A stretch of 63,989 nt of DNA, the filler included, from Basidiobolus meristosporus CBS 931.73 (taxonomy: Eukaryota; Fungi; Basidiobolomycota), in assembly GCA_002104905.1 (NCBI GenBank). It is 3 parts of 3 records of this genome, joined end to end, with 100 filler letters (N's around TTAATTAATTAA, not from the genome) between each part and the next. Parts side by side here need not be neighbours in the genome. Positions count along the whole stretch, not along the records: positions 44,669 to 63,989 come from MCFE01001034.1; 2 more parts are not named here. The stretch is one strand, 5' to 3'. Below the pieces are notes generated by a model, which worked only from the letters and a program-made list of their open reading frames with translations, did no database searches and was not told where the DNA came from. The translations under genes and the position numbers were made by a program. Of this stretch, positions 47,850 through 62,334 are shown piece by piece (position 1 is the first letter of the stretch; each line of letters starts with the position of its first letter).

Positions 47850-49700
47850 AGACTTGTTCTGTTGGATAGTGCCACATAGTGCCAGCCTGTTTATAGTGCC
47901 AGGTCAATCTGGCACTATCTGGCACTATAATTTCTACCATTATGCCAGTGGTAGGATATAGTTACTGGTAACTTTACTCAATCTTACATATGTTGCTCAG
48001 AGTAGTGCTTTCCTTGCTTTATATACACTTCATAATGCCCCAGACACATTTCTCTCAGTGGATGTCTTCTTATAGGAATATACTGTGCACTGATAAGTAT
48101 CTTAACTATTTTACCTATTCTGCTGTTTTCTTCTATATATGACTTTCCTCTATATTTACCTGCCAATATGCTGAATCTCTTCAGATATCTAAGTGTATGC
48201 TCTACCCTCACTCTGAAATGATTAAATATCTCATTGTAGAGCCTCTGCTTCCTGCTAAGCACACCATTCCTTGGCTTCCTCTAAGCTGTAATACATCCTA
48301 ATCTCTGACAATTCTCTCCTATACAAGCTAAGTCTGCCATACATTTCTCCCCAGTATTGAATTCTGGATGATTCTCTACCCAGAGCACTTTGCCATGCCT
48401 ACTTCCAGCAAATGACCCACAAAACCAGATGATGTTACCCTTAATGTCAGACAGTGCTTGAAATGTCACACAGTGTGCCTTGTACCAGAATAAAAGTGCC
48501 TCCACCCTCTAGAAGGTCTGTTAATCCTGACTGGGAAGGTATCCAAAATACTCCTTATATGGAACCTGTTGCTGAATACTCTGGGATATGCAAGTCAATT
48601 GGAGCTTCTAAACTTAGTACTCCAAGCTTGCTCTAAGTCATTAGACTTGTTCTGTTGGATAGTGCCGCATTGAGCCATGAGTGCCAAATGATGCCATAGT
48701 GTGCCAGAGAGGTCAAGTGAGCCTATACTTGGCCACAGAGTGTGAAACATAGCTCTGCATCTTCATGTAAAGCAGCCCTCTGTGGTTCACCCATTGCACA
48801 GGAGAAAATCCATTTTTTGACCTTTTTTTGAGGATCAATGTAGCTCAGCATGTGTAAGAGCACAGGAGAACTGAAGATAGGCATCTGGTACTCAATACCC
48901 ATGGCACTCTGAATCTAGCTCCTGTAGCTTGTATCATGTCACAAAAATGAATGGCACTATCTTGGTCCACTGGTACTATCTGGCACTATAAAAGCTTTAT
49001 ATAGATCTTACTTTAGGACTAATATTGAAATATAGTGCCAGATAGTACCAGTGGACCAAGATAGTGCCATTCATTTTTGTGACATGATACAAGCTACAGG
49101 AGCTAGATTCAGAGTGCCATGGGTATTGAGTACCAGATGCATATCTTCAATCTGCTTGTGCTCTAATACATCCTGCACAACATTGATCCAAAAAAAAGGT
49201 CAAAAAATGGATTTTCTCCAGCACAATGGGTGAAACACAGGGGCTGCTTTGCATGAAGATGTGGAGCTATGTTTCACACTCTGTGGCCAGGTAGAGGCTC
49301 AATTGGCCTCTCTGGCACACTATAGCATCATTTGGCACTCATGGCTCAATGTGGCACTATCCAACAGAACAAGTCTATTCATACCCTCTGCAAAGTGGTT
49401 CTCTGTTGCTGTCAACTGGGAATAAAAGCTTTTAGGGCTTTTGGTGCCATGGATTGCGGGATGAAACCTTAGAGGGCAATAGTCCTTGTAATAGCAGAGA
49501 AGCTTAACAAGGGATCTCCTTGAGTAGATTGGGGTAGATGGACCACTGTACTTGATATAGATCTCCTCCTGTGTGTCACAAGGAAATCCAGTGGTTGTGA
49601 TGGGATTGAAGTAAAAAGGCCATTCAGATGAGTAACTCATATTGAAATTGGTAAGGATTGGGCGGAGATGATTTGATTTAATTTGGCACAATCAGCTTTA
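47850..49700 (-). mobile_element. PIF/Harbinger-like (DDE_Tnp_4/ISL2EU-type) DNA transposon, pseudogenised
   Basis: ILDTFPVRINRP...FYSG.YKAHC.TFQALSD..G.I.....GSRH; ADLA.IG; YNEIFNHFRVRVEHTLRYLKRFSIL. TIR AGACTTGTTCTGTTGGATAGTGCC at 47850 with subterminal TAGTGCC/GGCACTA motifs. Confidence 0.88.
48643..49376. mobile_element. 734-bp foldback/MITE-like palindrome inserted in the transposase
   Basis: Arms of about 350 bp around a spacer of about 40 bp, with the same TIR as 47850. Flanked by ATT...ATT (or TA...TA if the TIR starts at G). Excision restores the reading frame EGMN-DLEQAW. Confidence 0.92.
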
Positions 49701-49899
49701 TATATCTGATTTTGCGTGCATTATGATTAAATCTCCATTAATTGCCATGTATCCCATCATTATGTTGCAAAAATTGTCCTCAAACAATAACTGGGTATTT
49801 TTATTGATGTTTGACTCAAAAGTCTATAATTGAATAGGAAATCTGCAATTGATGTGATCTGATCTGTGTTAATGCAATCCAAGATGCACCATGCATAAT

Positions 49900-52150
49900 A
49901 CATGGAAGATTCAACAATCACATTAGCTTTCATATATAATTCATATAAGACCAGGTTGATGCCAATACACCACTGTATAAGTATCCAAATCCATCACTAT
50001 GGTCCCTATACAAAGTCTCAACTCATCTTTAGCTCAACCCAGACAAAACCCATCCCCCAGCTCACAGGTGCAGTCCGGACTGGAAAGGCAATGTTGGATC
50101 CCTTTGAGTTCTTGCCAAATGATTTCAGTATGGCCCAAGTGTCTATGGTGAGCTTTCATACAGATATTTGGGTACTACTCATTAATCTAGCAGAACTAGA
50201 TACCTTGGAGAGTTGACAGAGATGGAAGAACCAGAGTAGAAAGCTGTGGCATGCGTTCTACATCAAGATGCCAGTAGATGTATGTAAGAAGATATATAAC
50301 AAGACAAGTATTGAAATCAAGAATGAGCTGAGCATGAGGGGATTTGATGAAGAAGCCATGCAGGAATGATTTTGCACACAATTTGCTCAATACAGGCTGG
50401 ACACGTTCATTTGTGCCTTGACTTTGGGAACCAAAGAGATCTTGAATGAGTTTTTGCCTCAAATGACTAATGTATTATGTGATATATTTGTAGAGCTAAG
50501 TGGCTTCCAAGAGCAATATACACAGGACTCATCCAGGCAACAGTTGTAAAGTATTAGACAGAGGGTAAGTGAATACCTTGAGGAACCAGAAGGTGAGCTT
50601 CAAGAGGAAGAATACAGACTGTGAGCAACATTGTCAAGATTGTGCCAGCAGGCCTTGCTGGATTCCTTACCATCCCTTGCAACTTCAGCACGCTGGCGCA
50701 CGTCAGTCCAAACTGTGCCAACACCCTTTACAAGAGCACCCTGCATTGACTCAATGCGTATTGGGTCAATGCACATGCTTCAGAGCATAACCATCAGAAC
50801 CCACCAAACTGCTCAAAAAGTCACAAGTCCATTGGAGCAGGCCAAGTTGTGTCAACAAGTGGCATCACATTGGACTCAGCCAAGGGCCATGCCAGTGCAT
50901 CAAGTTGCGTCTGCGCGTGCCATTACACCTGACCATCAGCAAGTTTCTTCTGGTGAACTGACAAATGATGACCCACATGAAGTACCTCCACCACCAGAGC
51001 CTTTAGCAAGTAAAAGAACGCATCATCATGTAGTGCTGCAGGCCAGCTCAGTTGCATCATCCAGAGCAATTCAGAGCAGGAAGCTGAGCATGGCACTCAT
51101 CAACTAGGAGGCAAAATACTGACTACAAATACACAAGTAGCCAAGAGGATAGTCACAACAAGGTAGTGTAGGTGTGCAAAGTGAATCACTACCAAATGCT
51201 TCAGTAGTAATCCCTGTGAGAAAAATGCCTAGGAGAAGATGATGCAATTGCATTGAAGTGCTATTACTTGTAATGATCCAAACAATGCATTTTTTTTGTG
51301 ATCTGCATCAAGCCATTGCAAATCAGTGATCACTAAATTTTTGATATAAGCAATATTAAGGTTGTCTCACATTTGAGACAGGACCCCTATAAATAAACAC
51401 ACTGCATATGTATACATCATCTGTGGCACCAGTGCAGCCATTTGATCTGATTTGCACCCATACAATTGATTACGTGCTAGCTATGGCACCTTGTCCAATC
51501 ACTAGCATCAGGAATTTACTTGTTTAATGGGCAAAATGGGATATTTGATGGCAAATCAGGTGGCCTGTGTATTAGTCAAAGAGCAAATTAGGGGCTGAAA
51601 GCTTCAGGATACTTTTGGACCAATTGACCACTGAGATACCATCCAATTGGAGTATTAGTAACCAAAATGGTAAGTATTAGTGTAGTTTATGGTGTGATAT
51701 GCATTTATTGCCATTTAAATTAAAGAAATATATCCAGATACCAGATTTAACCTACCACAACAGCGGTATCTGATTGCGCATGTGATGCAAACATTACAAG
51801 TGGGTGCAATCATTTGTGCCAACCTCATTGTGTCAGATTGTGCCATAGTGTGCAAGATTGTCCCACATGATGCAAAATCATCCAAGAGCAATCCTGCCTA
51901 CTGGTAGCTACAATATTACGCCCAATTGTTCTTAGAGACTGCAGATTGCACCATGCACCCTGGCACAGTACAATGAAACAAGTTTATTGAATGGTACAGA
52001 AATTGGCTTGTAACAAGACAAATCTGGCATACCTTGGTAGAGTTTTCCAAATAAAAATTAGTTGCTTGATGCAACCAATCCTACTTTGTATTACTCAAAT
52101 GATTACCCACACATTAGGGCTGCATAGCTTTGTAACTCCATAGGCATTGG
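49900..52150. mobile_element. Decayed transposon-associated sequence; 50200-51020 is duplicated at about 57560-58380
   Basis: Direct nucleotide similarity between the two blocks, CpG-depleted, with no intact ORF. Confidence 0.5.
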
Positions 52151-55100
52151 CATCTCCATGTGTATATCTGTCCTCAGTATTTTCCAACTCTTCCTGGCTG
52201 TCCTCCATATGTCAACTCATCACATCCATGATGGACTTAACAATAATATTCTTGATGAGATTGTGATATGGTAGTACCTTCAACTTGACTTGTCTTCCTA
52301 TCTCCCTACACATCCGCTCCAGAAACTCCCAAAAGTTGAAGCAAGGTTCAATATTCTCAACACACCAAGCAAAATGGAGAAGGAAATGCATATAGTAGCA
52401 GCAGAGATCTACACGTTCAGCTTTATGTTTGTTGTATAGTTGCTCAAATTCCATCACAAACATTCTGTACAAAAGCTGTAGATGTATGAAGTTGGCATTG
52501 GTGATCTGCTTCTGGATAAATATTCCTACAATGTCTGCATATGTCTCCCAATGCTTCCAATGTACTCTTGGCAGATATGGCTTCAGAAGGCTACGTGAAT
52601 AAATACATATCCAGCTCATCCAGTCCTTGCACTTGTATTGATGCATATGGATATGAATGTTAATTGGAGGCCATGGGAAGCACTGAGGGTAGTAGATACT
52701 TGGTAATATCTTGCCAATTCTTTCAAATTTCTCTAGTTGCTCAAAGGCTTCATTTAGCCTGAAATGCCCCTTGGACAACTTGGTATTCAGTATAGGGATA
52801 TTGTTGGTAAGCAAATGCATTGCCCCCAGCGGAAAGCTTCTGCTCCAATGCATACCCTCTAACTTAAGTATCCCCAGATTGCAATTAATATCATATTCTG
52901 GCCAATGGCTTATAGCTTGCCAACTTTGCCGCAATTGCATGCTGACTTCTGTATGTTCTTGCCGTAGAAATATGATGTTCTTTACATTGTGGTTGGGTAA
53001 TGATAATGTGTATGAGTTACGGAGTAAGTCCTGTGGATCTCACACATTTTACAGCAAGACTTTTCATTGTACCCAGAAAAGCTGGCTATCTTGCTGATGG
53101 CTGGGGTATCTCCAATGCAACTGATAATATGTGCTCTGGCCTGATAGCCATTTACTGTTGTCCTACTGGAAAGCATGCAAAGTTCATCCAGCAATGGATA
53201 TAGGTGGCTGTCTAGGTTAGATGGTGATCTAGGCCCAGATACCAGTGAGATTACCTCAGATTTTGGCTCTGATACTGTAAGATAGGTGCAGATTCAGGTG
53301 TATGAGAATCAGTGGACAGCAGTATTTACTGGTAGAGTATTTGTTTACTACAAATTTATCAAGTGCCACAGCAAAGGCATGATCATTCATGCCATCAAAG
53401 TAGCCCTTGCTTCTTAGCTGTCTGTAATGTATGCCATCAAATATTTCTGATATGTTTGTGCTTGATTGATACTGAGGGTGGTACTTTATAGTTTCACAAT
53501 ATATGTCAGACTTTATAAGCCTCTTTAAACATGGTACTGCCTGAATGTATCTGGAATGTGAACAGCATATTCCCCCAATCGTGGTGGATTTCTCTCAAGA
53601 TGGATACCTTGCAATGGTGGCATTTTCTAATGTGAATGTCATGCAACTGTTAACAAATGCTGGTATCAGAACAGTGTCTGGATCAGATGTTGCCAGCTGC
53701 AGGATGTTTTTCCACTTATGCCATGTTCATGAAAAGTTGCATCAGGATGATTTTGGAAAGAAGTAGTAGTGAATCCTCAAAGCCCCTATTAATGCTATTA
53801 GTGAAACCTTCCACTTCACTAGCCACAACATTACAAAATTCACCAACAGATAGATTACTGGGCTCACTTGATTCCATAAAGTATTCTTGGCATTTTTTTC
53901 ACAGGTGTTGTTTCATTGAATAGTGGGATTTTGCTGGGCTCATGCAGAGTACTGTTGTGAGGGAAGATAGGCTCACAATCCATCAATGAGCATGCTTCTA
54001 CCAAGCTACCACCCTGCATGCCATATTCAGATGAATGGAGCAAGCCAAAAGGCATTAAAAACTCTCTGGATTCATTTTGCCCAAGGTGAAAGTACAGCCT
54101 GATGCTGTAATAGAAGTATCAAGTGGCTGGCAGAATTTTGTTGGTACAGTAGTGACCAGTGAGAGGTCACATATGACTTGTGTGGCAAAATAGTGGTCTT
54201 GATCTTTGTAATACTTCCTATGCTGTCTGTGTGCTTCATGGCTGAGAGGCTTGCTACAGTAGCCACAAGGTCTCTTTTCTCTTTTCTTATGGTGTTGAAT
54301 CAAAGTAGTCTTGTCCATGGGGCAAACAGCTTGACACTCAGCAATGTAATGCTTTTATCACTCTTTTGTCAATACTCATATGAGCTTGAGACAGTATTGT
54401 ATTGGATACACTTCACCTACACAAATGTAAGATTCAATGATGACCTGCCATATAAAGCATCATAAATAAAGTTGTGGCACCACATATACATGTATATATA
54501 ATACCATTTTCCCTTTGGTTTGACTTGCATCCATGTATATTCCACCAAAAAATAAAGCAAGGTTGTCTGGTTCCCAACCAAACCCCACAGCGGACAGCAG
54601 CAGAAGAGCAGTTAGGCTACAACTTGCCTTTACATTGAGTAAAACAAGCTGGGCCACAACAAAAAATGGCTCTGTGGAGAGTGTGCTCACTGAAGGGAAT
54701 AAAGCGGACTCCTCAGGCTCTCAGTCAAGTAGGCAATTAGGGACTTTTGCAGATCTACAATCTGTCCATATTGCTGAGGTAGATGAGAATGCAAAAAGCA
54801 GAACCTTCCGTTGAAGACCAGCAAGTGGCTGTCATAACATTGCCACCACCCATGTGAGCAAGTGTGTTTTCAGCTCATACTGAAGCATTAATGAGGTAAT
54901 CAGGTGAAGTGGCTGATAGGATTGATGCAATAGCCCAGAGAAATCAGGAAATAGTCCAGAAACAGGATGTGCAGATAAGAGGTGTAGAGCGATCAGCATC
55001 CCAGGTGGAGAGAGCAGTATCTTTGTTGCAAAGAAGAAGCTCAAATAGCTCAATATTGCAGCCAGGTATTGAGCCATTTTCTCATGTAGCAGCAGAGGAA

Positions 55101-55300
55101 CACCATACAGTCTTTGAAGCACAATGACAGTGCCCAAAGATAAAGCCTGCAGAAAAACCTATCACGGCTTAGGAGGGAGAAAATGCAGTGTTTATACTAA
55201 TGCCCAAAAATCAAAAGAGAGTGAAGACCTGTGAAACTGTGGAGTGCAATGATGATGCGTATTGGAACAGAAATCTGATGGAAGTTTGACTGGTATATGG
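52150..55300. mobile_element. Decayed CACTA/Tnp2-like element, copy 2: transposase on minus (about 54330-52150), accessory ORF on plus (about 54530-55270)
   Basis: GDTPAISK...G...CCKMC, GAMHLL.NN, KCKDW, FEQLY...CCYYMHFLLH...W.F.ERMC motifs typical of fungal Tnp2-family transposases. Confidence 0.8.
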
Positions 55301-57300
55301 GCCTAAATCGCCATCCAACCTGGATAACTACCTGTATCCATTGCCAAATGAATTTTGCTTGCTTTCAAGCAGGATAACAGTAAATGGCTGTCATGGCAAC
55401 AAGCATGTAAAATGTGCTCTGGCAATACCCCCATCTTCAGCAAGATAGCCAGCCTTTCTGGGTAGAATGGATGGTATTGCTGTCAAATGTGTGAGTTCTA
55501 TGGGACTAACTCAATAACTCATACACATTATTATTGTCCAACTACAACATTAAAAAATTTTCTTTCCACAGAGAGAACATACCAAAGTCAGCATGCAATT
55601 GCAGCAAAGTTGGCAAGCTATAAGCCATTGGCCAGAATATGAAATTAATTGCTATCTGGGGACACTTAAGATAGTGGGTATCTGTTGAGCAGAAGCTTTC
55701 CACTGGGAGCAATGCATTTGCTTACCAACAATATCTCTATACTGATTACCAAGTTGTACAAGGGATATTTCAAGCTAAATGAAGTCATTGAGATACCTGT
55801 GAAATTTGAAAGAATTGGCAGGATATTACTGAGTATCTGCTATCCCAGTGCTTGCCAAGGCCTCCAATAATCATTCATGTCCAAATGCATCAATACCAGT
55901 GCAAGTACTGGACAAGCTGGATAGGTATATTCAAGTGACCATCTGATGTTATGAATTGACACAAGGCAGGAGAGTAGGGCTAGGTAAGGCAGGACCAGGA
56001 AAGGACTTAGGTGTGGATCAACAAGGCAAGGTGGATTTCCAAGGCAAGGCTGTTTATTCAAGACCTGTGCTTATCAGACTGAGGAATACTTAAGGGGGTA
56101 TAGGACTATATATACTTTTTGGCTATACTGATGCCAAGAGATATTAACTAATACTAATGGGGTTGTGGGGTAAGGCAATGCAGCAGAGCTGGGGATAATA
56201 ATATAGAAAGCAAGGCACTGAGACAGCATGGGGAAATGGATTGGGTCACCTGATCATGTGACTAAGTCATGTGACCTGGTATTTCCATATATGGTACTGG
56301 ACTATGAAAGATACAATGGGAAGCTTCCATGAAATGTTCCATTGTGTAACAATGGTTTGGAAAGGTCAGAAACTCTCTGGAAGGTGGCAGAAGGTTCCAG
56401 AAGGATTCTCTTAGAAATTGAGCTAGGAAGCTGAAACTTGGCATGGGTGTTTGTGGTTGTCATGAGATCATGACATCTGAAGCCTTTTCTACCAAGAGTA
56501 TATTGGAAGCATTGGGAGTTTTATGAGGTCATTGTAGGAATATTCATTCAGAAGCAGGTTGCCAATACCAACTGCATACATCTACGGCTTTTGTACAAAG
56601 TGCTTGTCACAAAATTTGAGTGGCTATACTACAAACATAAAGGTAAACATGTAGATCTCTGCCGCCAATGTATCTATTTGCTACTCCATCTTGCTTGGTG
56701 TGTTGAGAATATTGGACCTTGCTTTACCTTTTGGTAGTTTCCTATGGAGCAGATGTGTGGGGAAATAGGAAGACAAGCCAAGTTGCAGGCTGTGACATAT
56801 CAAAATCTCACTAAGAATATTATCTTTGAGTCCATTATAGATGTGATGAGTTGGCACATGGAGGTCAGACAGGAAGAGTAGGAAATTCTTAGGACAGATG
56901 TGAATATGGCAACTCCTATGCCTACAGCATTAAGAAGCAAAGCAGCCCCAATGCACGGGTAATCAGTTAAGTAATGCAAAGTTGGGTAGAGTGCAACAAG
57001 CAACAAATTCTTATAAAAAAGATCTACCAAAGAATGCAAGGTTTCACTTGGTCATAAGCCCACTTCTTGACTATTCACTTCAGAACTCACACAAACAAGA
57101 GCCAGAGCACACCTATAAGGGGGACTAGAATCCAGCTAGGAGAAGGAATATATTGGCTAAATATCAAAAAGTTCTTTGCAGATACTGCGGAGTGATTCAT
57201 GGCAGAAGTGGTGGCAACCAAGCATATGTTTGGAAAATATTTATGTTACCAGCAATACAAGGTATATGGCAACTCTGCAAGTATCACACTAAAAAGCTGT
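55300..57300 (+). mobile_element. Tnp2-like transposase fragment, copy 3
   Basis: Reverse-complement homology to 52150-53250 and direct homology to 60100-60850. Confidence 0.8.
55947..56475. mobile_element. Solo LTR (family D) inserted in the transposase
   Basis: TGTTATGA...TCATGACA, 529 bp, with 5-bp TSD TCTGA. The empty site is visible in the paralog at about 60455-60470. Confidence 0.88.
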
Positions 57301-58699
57301 AAAGTTGAGGAATACCAGTATGTCAATTGTGGCTGGTGTGCGCATTTGTGAGGTTAGTAAGCTGGAGGCCATAGTTTTTTTGATTTGAACTATACATGCA
57401 ATTCCCAAGGTAGTAGTGGGTAAGCAAATAAAGTGGGGTGAATCTGCAGTGTAATATATGAGTAGCACAAGGGGAGGTAGAAAAGGAAGTATCCTTTGGT
57501 AAATTAGTACAGTAGCAGTTTACAGAACTAGCTCTAGGCCACCATAGGAAATCTAGCAGCACTGGATAACTCAGAGAGTCAACAGAGGTAGAAGAATCTG
57601 AGTACAAAGCTGCGGCATATGTTCCTATATTAAGATGCCAGCAGATGCATGTAAGAGGATGAATGCCAAGAGAAGAACTGAAAGCAAGAATGAGCTGAGA
57701 GTGAGGGAATTTGATGCGGAAGCTGCATGCCAAAAATTCTGTGCGCAATTTCACAGTATGGGGTGACCACATCTATTTCTGTCTCAAATTTGGGGCCAAA
57801 AAGATTTTACATGAGTTGTGCCTCAAATGACCAATGTACTACACAATATTTCAGTAGAGTTAAATGGCTTCTAAGAGCAGTATACCCAGGACCCATCAAG
57901 GCAGCAGCTTCAAAGTATTGGACAGAGGGTAGGTAAATACCTTGAGGAATCAGAAGGTGAGCTTCAAGAGGAAGAAAACAGACCATGAGCAATTGCATCC
58001 AGATTGCACCTGCACACCTTGCTTGACTTCATATCATCCCCTGCAACACCAGTTCACCAGCACATGTTGGTCCAATCTACACAAGCACCCTACACAAGAG
58101 TGCCCCTCATCAAGTCAATGTGCATTAGATCAATGCATGCCCTTCACATCATAACTACCAAAATGTGCCAAAATGCTCATTTAGACACAACACCATTGGG
58201 GCAAGCCAAGTTGCATCAACATGTAACATCACATCAAACTCAGCCAAGGGCTATGCCAAACACATTAAGTTGCGCCTGAACATGCTGTTTCACCTGACTA
58301 TTAGCAAGTTACTTCTAGTTAACTGACTGACAATGACCCACATGAATTACCACCACCACCAAAGCCTTTGGCAAGTAAAAGAACATGTCAGCACCTGGCA
58401 CTTCAGGATGGTTCCTGCCATTACAATCCCAATGAAGTATTATTGTAATGATCCCACCAAAAGACTATCTCAAAATTTAAATCCCATCACTAAGAGGTAT
58501 TGATGCTGTGTGGACACTGTGCAATGACTGCTAAGCAAATATTTACCCAAGAATTCACAAAAAGCATAGTCAAGGCTTTTGATCACAACAATACATAAGT
58601 AGTATTTGCTTGGTTCTCTACCAATCAGCTTACTCTCTGCTCCCAAATATTCAGTCATCTCCTATGTTTGTCTACATTGAATGGCTATTGCCTTTTTTA

Positions 58700-61600
58700 A
58701 CACTCCATACTTCCTGACTCATACACTGTGCTTACTTTTCATGGACACACATTGGTTTATTTCCTTTCAATCTTCATATGTAACTCAGTTTCCAATTGCA
58801 CTGACCTATGCAGATCCCTATACCCAATACTAACTTTAAGCTCAACTTCATACTTAACAAGTAACTTCATTAAAATCTGCCATTCAATAAGTATTTCTGC
58901 TGTGACACTCTTTTTCCACAACTTTTGCAAGAATCCCATGGCTTTATGCTGATGTTGATTCATTGGTTCCCACTTGCCCTGGTCCTCAGTCAGCACCTCA
59001 TCTTCTGGTCATTGCAATATTTAAGAGTGTTTTCTTGAGCACTGCTCTTGAAGAAACATGGCAACCCTTTACTGCTCCTGTTTTTGCCCCAAAATTCCAC
59101 TGTGGGCATTGCAATAGTCTTTTGAGTTCTAAAGCTTGTTGCTTTGTCTGTGAGTGGTATCCCCACACTGCCTACAAAAGTGGATGTCAAGGCTGTGATA
59201 TACAAGCTGCCTATCTCTGCAAACTGATCTATCTCACTGGAGAGTAGCTCAACAGGCTGTGCTTCTAACTCTTAAGAAAACAATTGTCATCCTGTTGGAG
59301 ATTATTCTTGGCTACTATGGGGTTCAGTCTGTTCCAGGCTTATGGTGTCAGTTGCTGATGAGTGATGTGGAGTTGTGGCTTGCAAAGTGGCGTATTTTCA
59401 TTAAGAACAGTAATGGGGGGCCTTGAGAATTTACTACTAATTCTTGCCAAATGATTCTAGGGTGTAGCTTACTATGTAAGTGGTACAAATTGGCAACCAT
59501 TTTGTAGCTGGCAACACATGACCCAGAGACTGTATTGATAGAATCATGTGTTAACAATTGCATGACACTCTCATCAGAAAATGCCCCCATTGTAGGAAAA
59601 TGTTGCACACACTCCAGATATATTCCTGCAATTCCCCCTCTACAAAGGCTCAGACAGTCCAACAGGTATTGTGAAGCTAAAACATACCACATGCAGTATC
59701 AATCAGGCACATACATTTCTGATATAAACAATGGTAGACACCACAATCAATTCAGAAGCAAAGGCTACTTTGGAGGTATGTATGACCATGCCCTTGCCTT
59801 GACACCTGATAGACGCTCATTAAACAAGTATATTGCCTGCAAATCCAGCGGACAATTGATTTTCATTAATCTAAATCTGCAACCAAGGTTATGATATCAG
59901 AGCAGAAATCTAATGGTAGTCTCTCTGATATCTGGGTCTAAATTGCCATCCAACCTGTAGAGCTGGCTTTTTGATGCACAATTAACAGCATTGCAGTTGA
60001 ATATGTGAGATCCAGTGTGTGTACTTTATAATTCATACTTATTATTGTTGGTAAAGTACCAATTTAAAGAACTTTGTCTTTCTACAGAGATAACTTACAG
60101 AATGCAGCAAGCAACTGTAGCAAAATTGGCAAGCTATAAGCCATTGATCAGAATGTGGAACTAATTTGACACCAGTGATACATAAGATTAAGGGTATCTG
60201 TTAGAGCAAAAGCTTTCCACTGGGAGACATGCATTTGCTCTTCAACAATATTCCTACACTAATGAGCAAGTTATAAACAAGCATTTCAAGCTAAATACTC
60301 CCTTTGAGACACCAGAGAGCTTTGAAAGAATTGGCAACATATTCCAGAATATCTGCAACCCAATGTACTAATAGCAAGCACTAATCCATATTTATATACA
60401 CACACAACAACACAATGCAAGGACTAGATGAGCTAGATATATATTTATTCAAGTGGCCTTCTGAAGCCATTTCTACCAAGAGTACATTAGAAGCATTAGG
60501 AGTCATATGCTGGTATTGTATCAATGCTAATTCCAGAGTGGATAACTATTGCCAATTTGGTGCATCTACAGCTTTTATGCAAGGGGTTTGAGATAGGATT
60601 AAGCTGCTATACTGCAAGCATAAAGCCAAACAAATAGATTTCTGTCACTGCTGTATCCATTCTCCACACCTTCTTGCTTCATGTGTGTAAAATAATGGGC
60701 CCTGCTTCATCTTATAGGAGTCTCCTATGAAGTGGATGTGTGGGCAGATAGGAAGACAAGTCAAGTGGCAAGCACTACCTCACCCAATTTCATCAAGATA
60801 ATAACCTTCAGGTCCATGATGGATGTGTTGCGCTGCTACTAGGAAGACAGCCAGGAAGTGCTGGAATATACTGTGGACAGATGGACACATGGAGACACCT
60901 ATGTCTTTAGCAATAAGAAGCTAAGCAGCTCCAGTATGTGGGTAATCAGCTACTCTACAAGATATAATCTGATACTGCAGGCGGATGTGATCCAGATCAG
61001 CGTCAAGATCCTGTCAGGAGACTGCTATAATACCAGTAGCTTGAATTTATTGACCATCTATACAATTGTATGACAGCTTCACAACTGCATTTGGCTAGTC
61101 TTACAGCCAAATAAAGTTAAAACACATAGCAGTATGGTACAGTGTTTTGCTCAGTGTGGCATGGCACGGTTGGGGTGCCGGTGCACTCAATACTATTTGA
61201 GTGGATCTAAGCAGCCAGTGTATCCAATTGCTTTATATGGCAAGAAACTTAACAATGTTTTGACAGTTTCAGTGCAGGCCTCTGATGATATTCTCACAGC
61301 AGTATAGTGGCCTACAACTAGTTCTGTAGAGTGCTCCATACCAATTTACCAAATGCTGTTCCATTTTCTTACCTCCCCTTGCGCAATTTATATATTCAGC
61401 TGTAAAATCACCTCACTTTGTTTGATTACCCACTACTACCTTGGGTATTCCACAGATAGCTTGAATCAAAGAAACTATGGCCTCCTGCTTACTAACCTCT
61501 TCAAGCACACGCACCTGCCACAATTGGCATACTTCTATTACCACAACTCTAGAGCTTTTTAGCGTGATACTTGCAAAGTTGCCATATACATTGTATTGCA
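58700..61600. mobile_element. Decayed CACTA/Tnp2-like element, copy 4: accessory ORF on minus (about 58700-59280), transposase remnants on plus
   Basis: Homology to 45700-46300 and to 52150-53800 (reverse complement). Confidence 0.7.
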
Positions 61601-62053
61601 GGTAACAAATACATATTGCAAGCATACACTTGGTTGCTGCCACTTCTGACATCAATACTGTTGTGCATCAACATTTAAAACTTGGCCAATTTCACTCCAT
61701 TAGAAAATCTAGTACCCTAACTGATTTTCCCTAACCCAAACATAACTAATCCCTGTTATGACTTATTTTATCACTTCTCAGAATCTATTTTTAGCTGCCA
61801 CACCTGATTAATTTTCATGTGGTCATTACATACTGAACTAATCTGCTCAGCCTTTCCAAGTAATTAGTCATCTGAGATTTATCCAACCACTTAGCAGTTG
61901 CCAAGACATCAGCTGATTAATGATGCAGCTTTTCATTTATCTTATGCATCTATCAACACCCCAACAGATTTCAATTAGTCCAGTCTCTTGGTGCTTACTA
62001 ACGCAACTTAATCAGAAAAGTATTAACAAAGCTTACTTAACCTTTTGGTTTAG

Positions 62054-62334
62054 TGTGTGTCTCAACAAAATTAAGAATTCAACAAATCCATTCTAGTTTC
62101 TACCCAAGCTTAGCATATCTAGCACTCTCAAGAACACCAAGCCTGGCCTGCATAGCAAACCTACTCTGTTACCTTTATAGCCCAACTCAGCTATATATAA
62201 GACCAATATTAGACCAGTACCTCTCTGCTAATATTTCTGACACTCTTGACAACTCTAAGATTCTGCACTTAGTTGTCACTTAGGTTCAGTTAACTCATTA
62301 AAGGGTTTTAATACACTTTTCTCTTGGATACAAC
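62054..62334. repeat. LTR-like dispersed repeat (family C), copy 2
   Basis: Homologous to 36268-36549. Confidence 0.7.
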
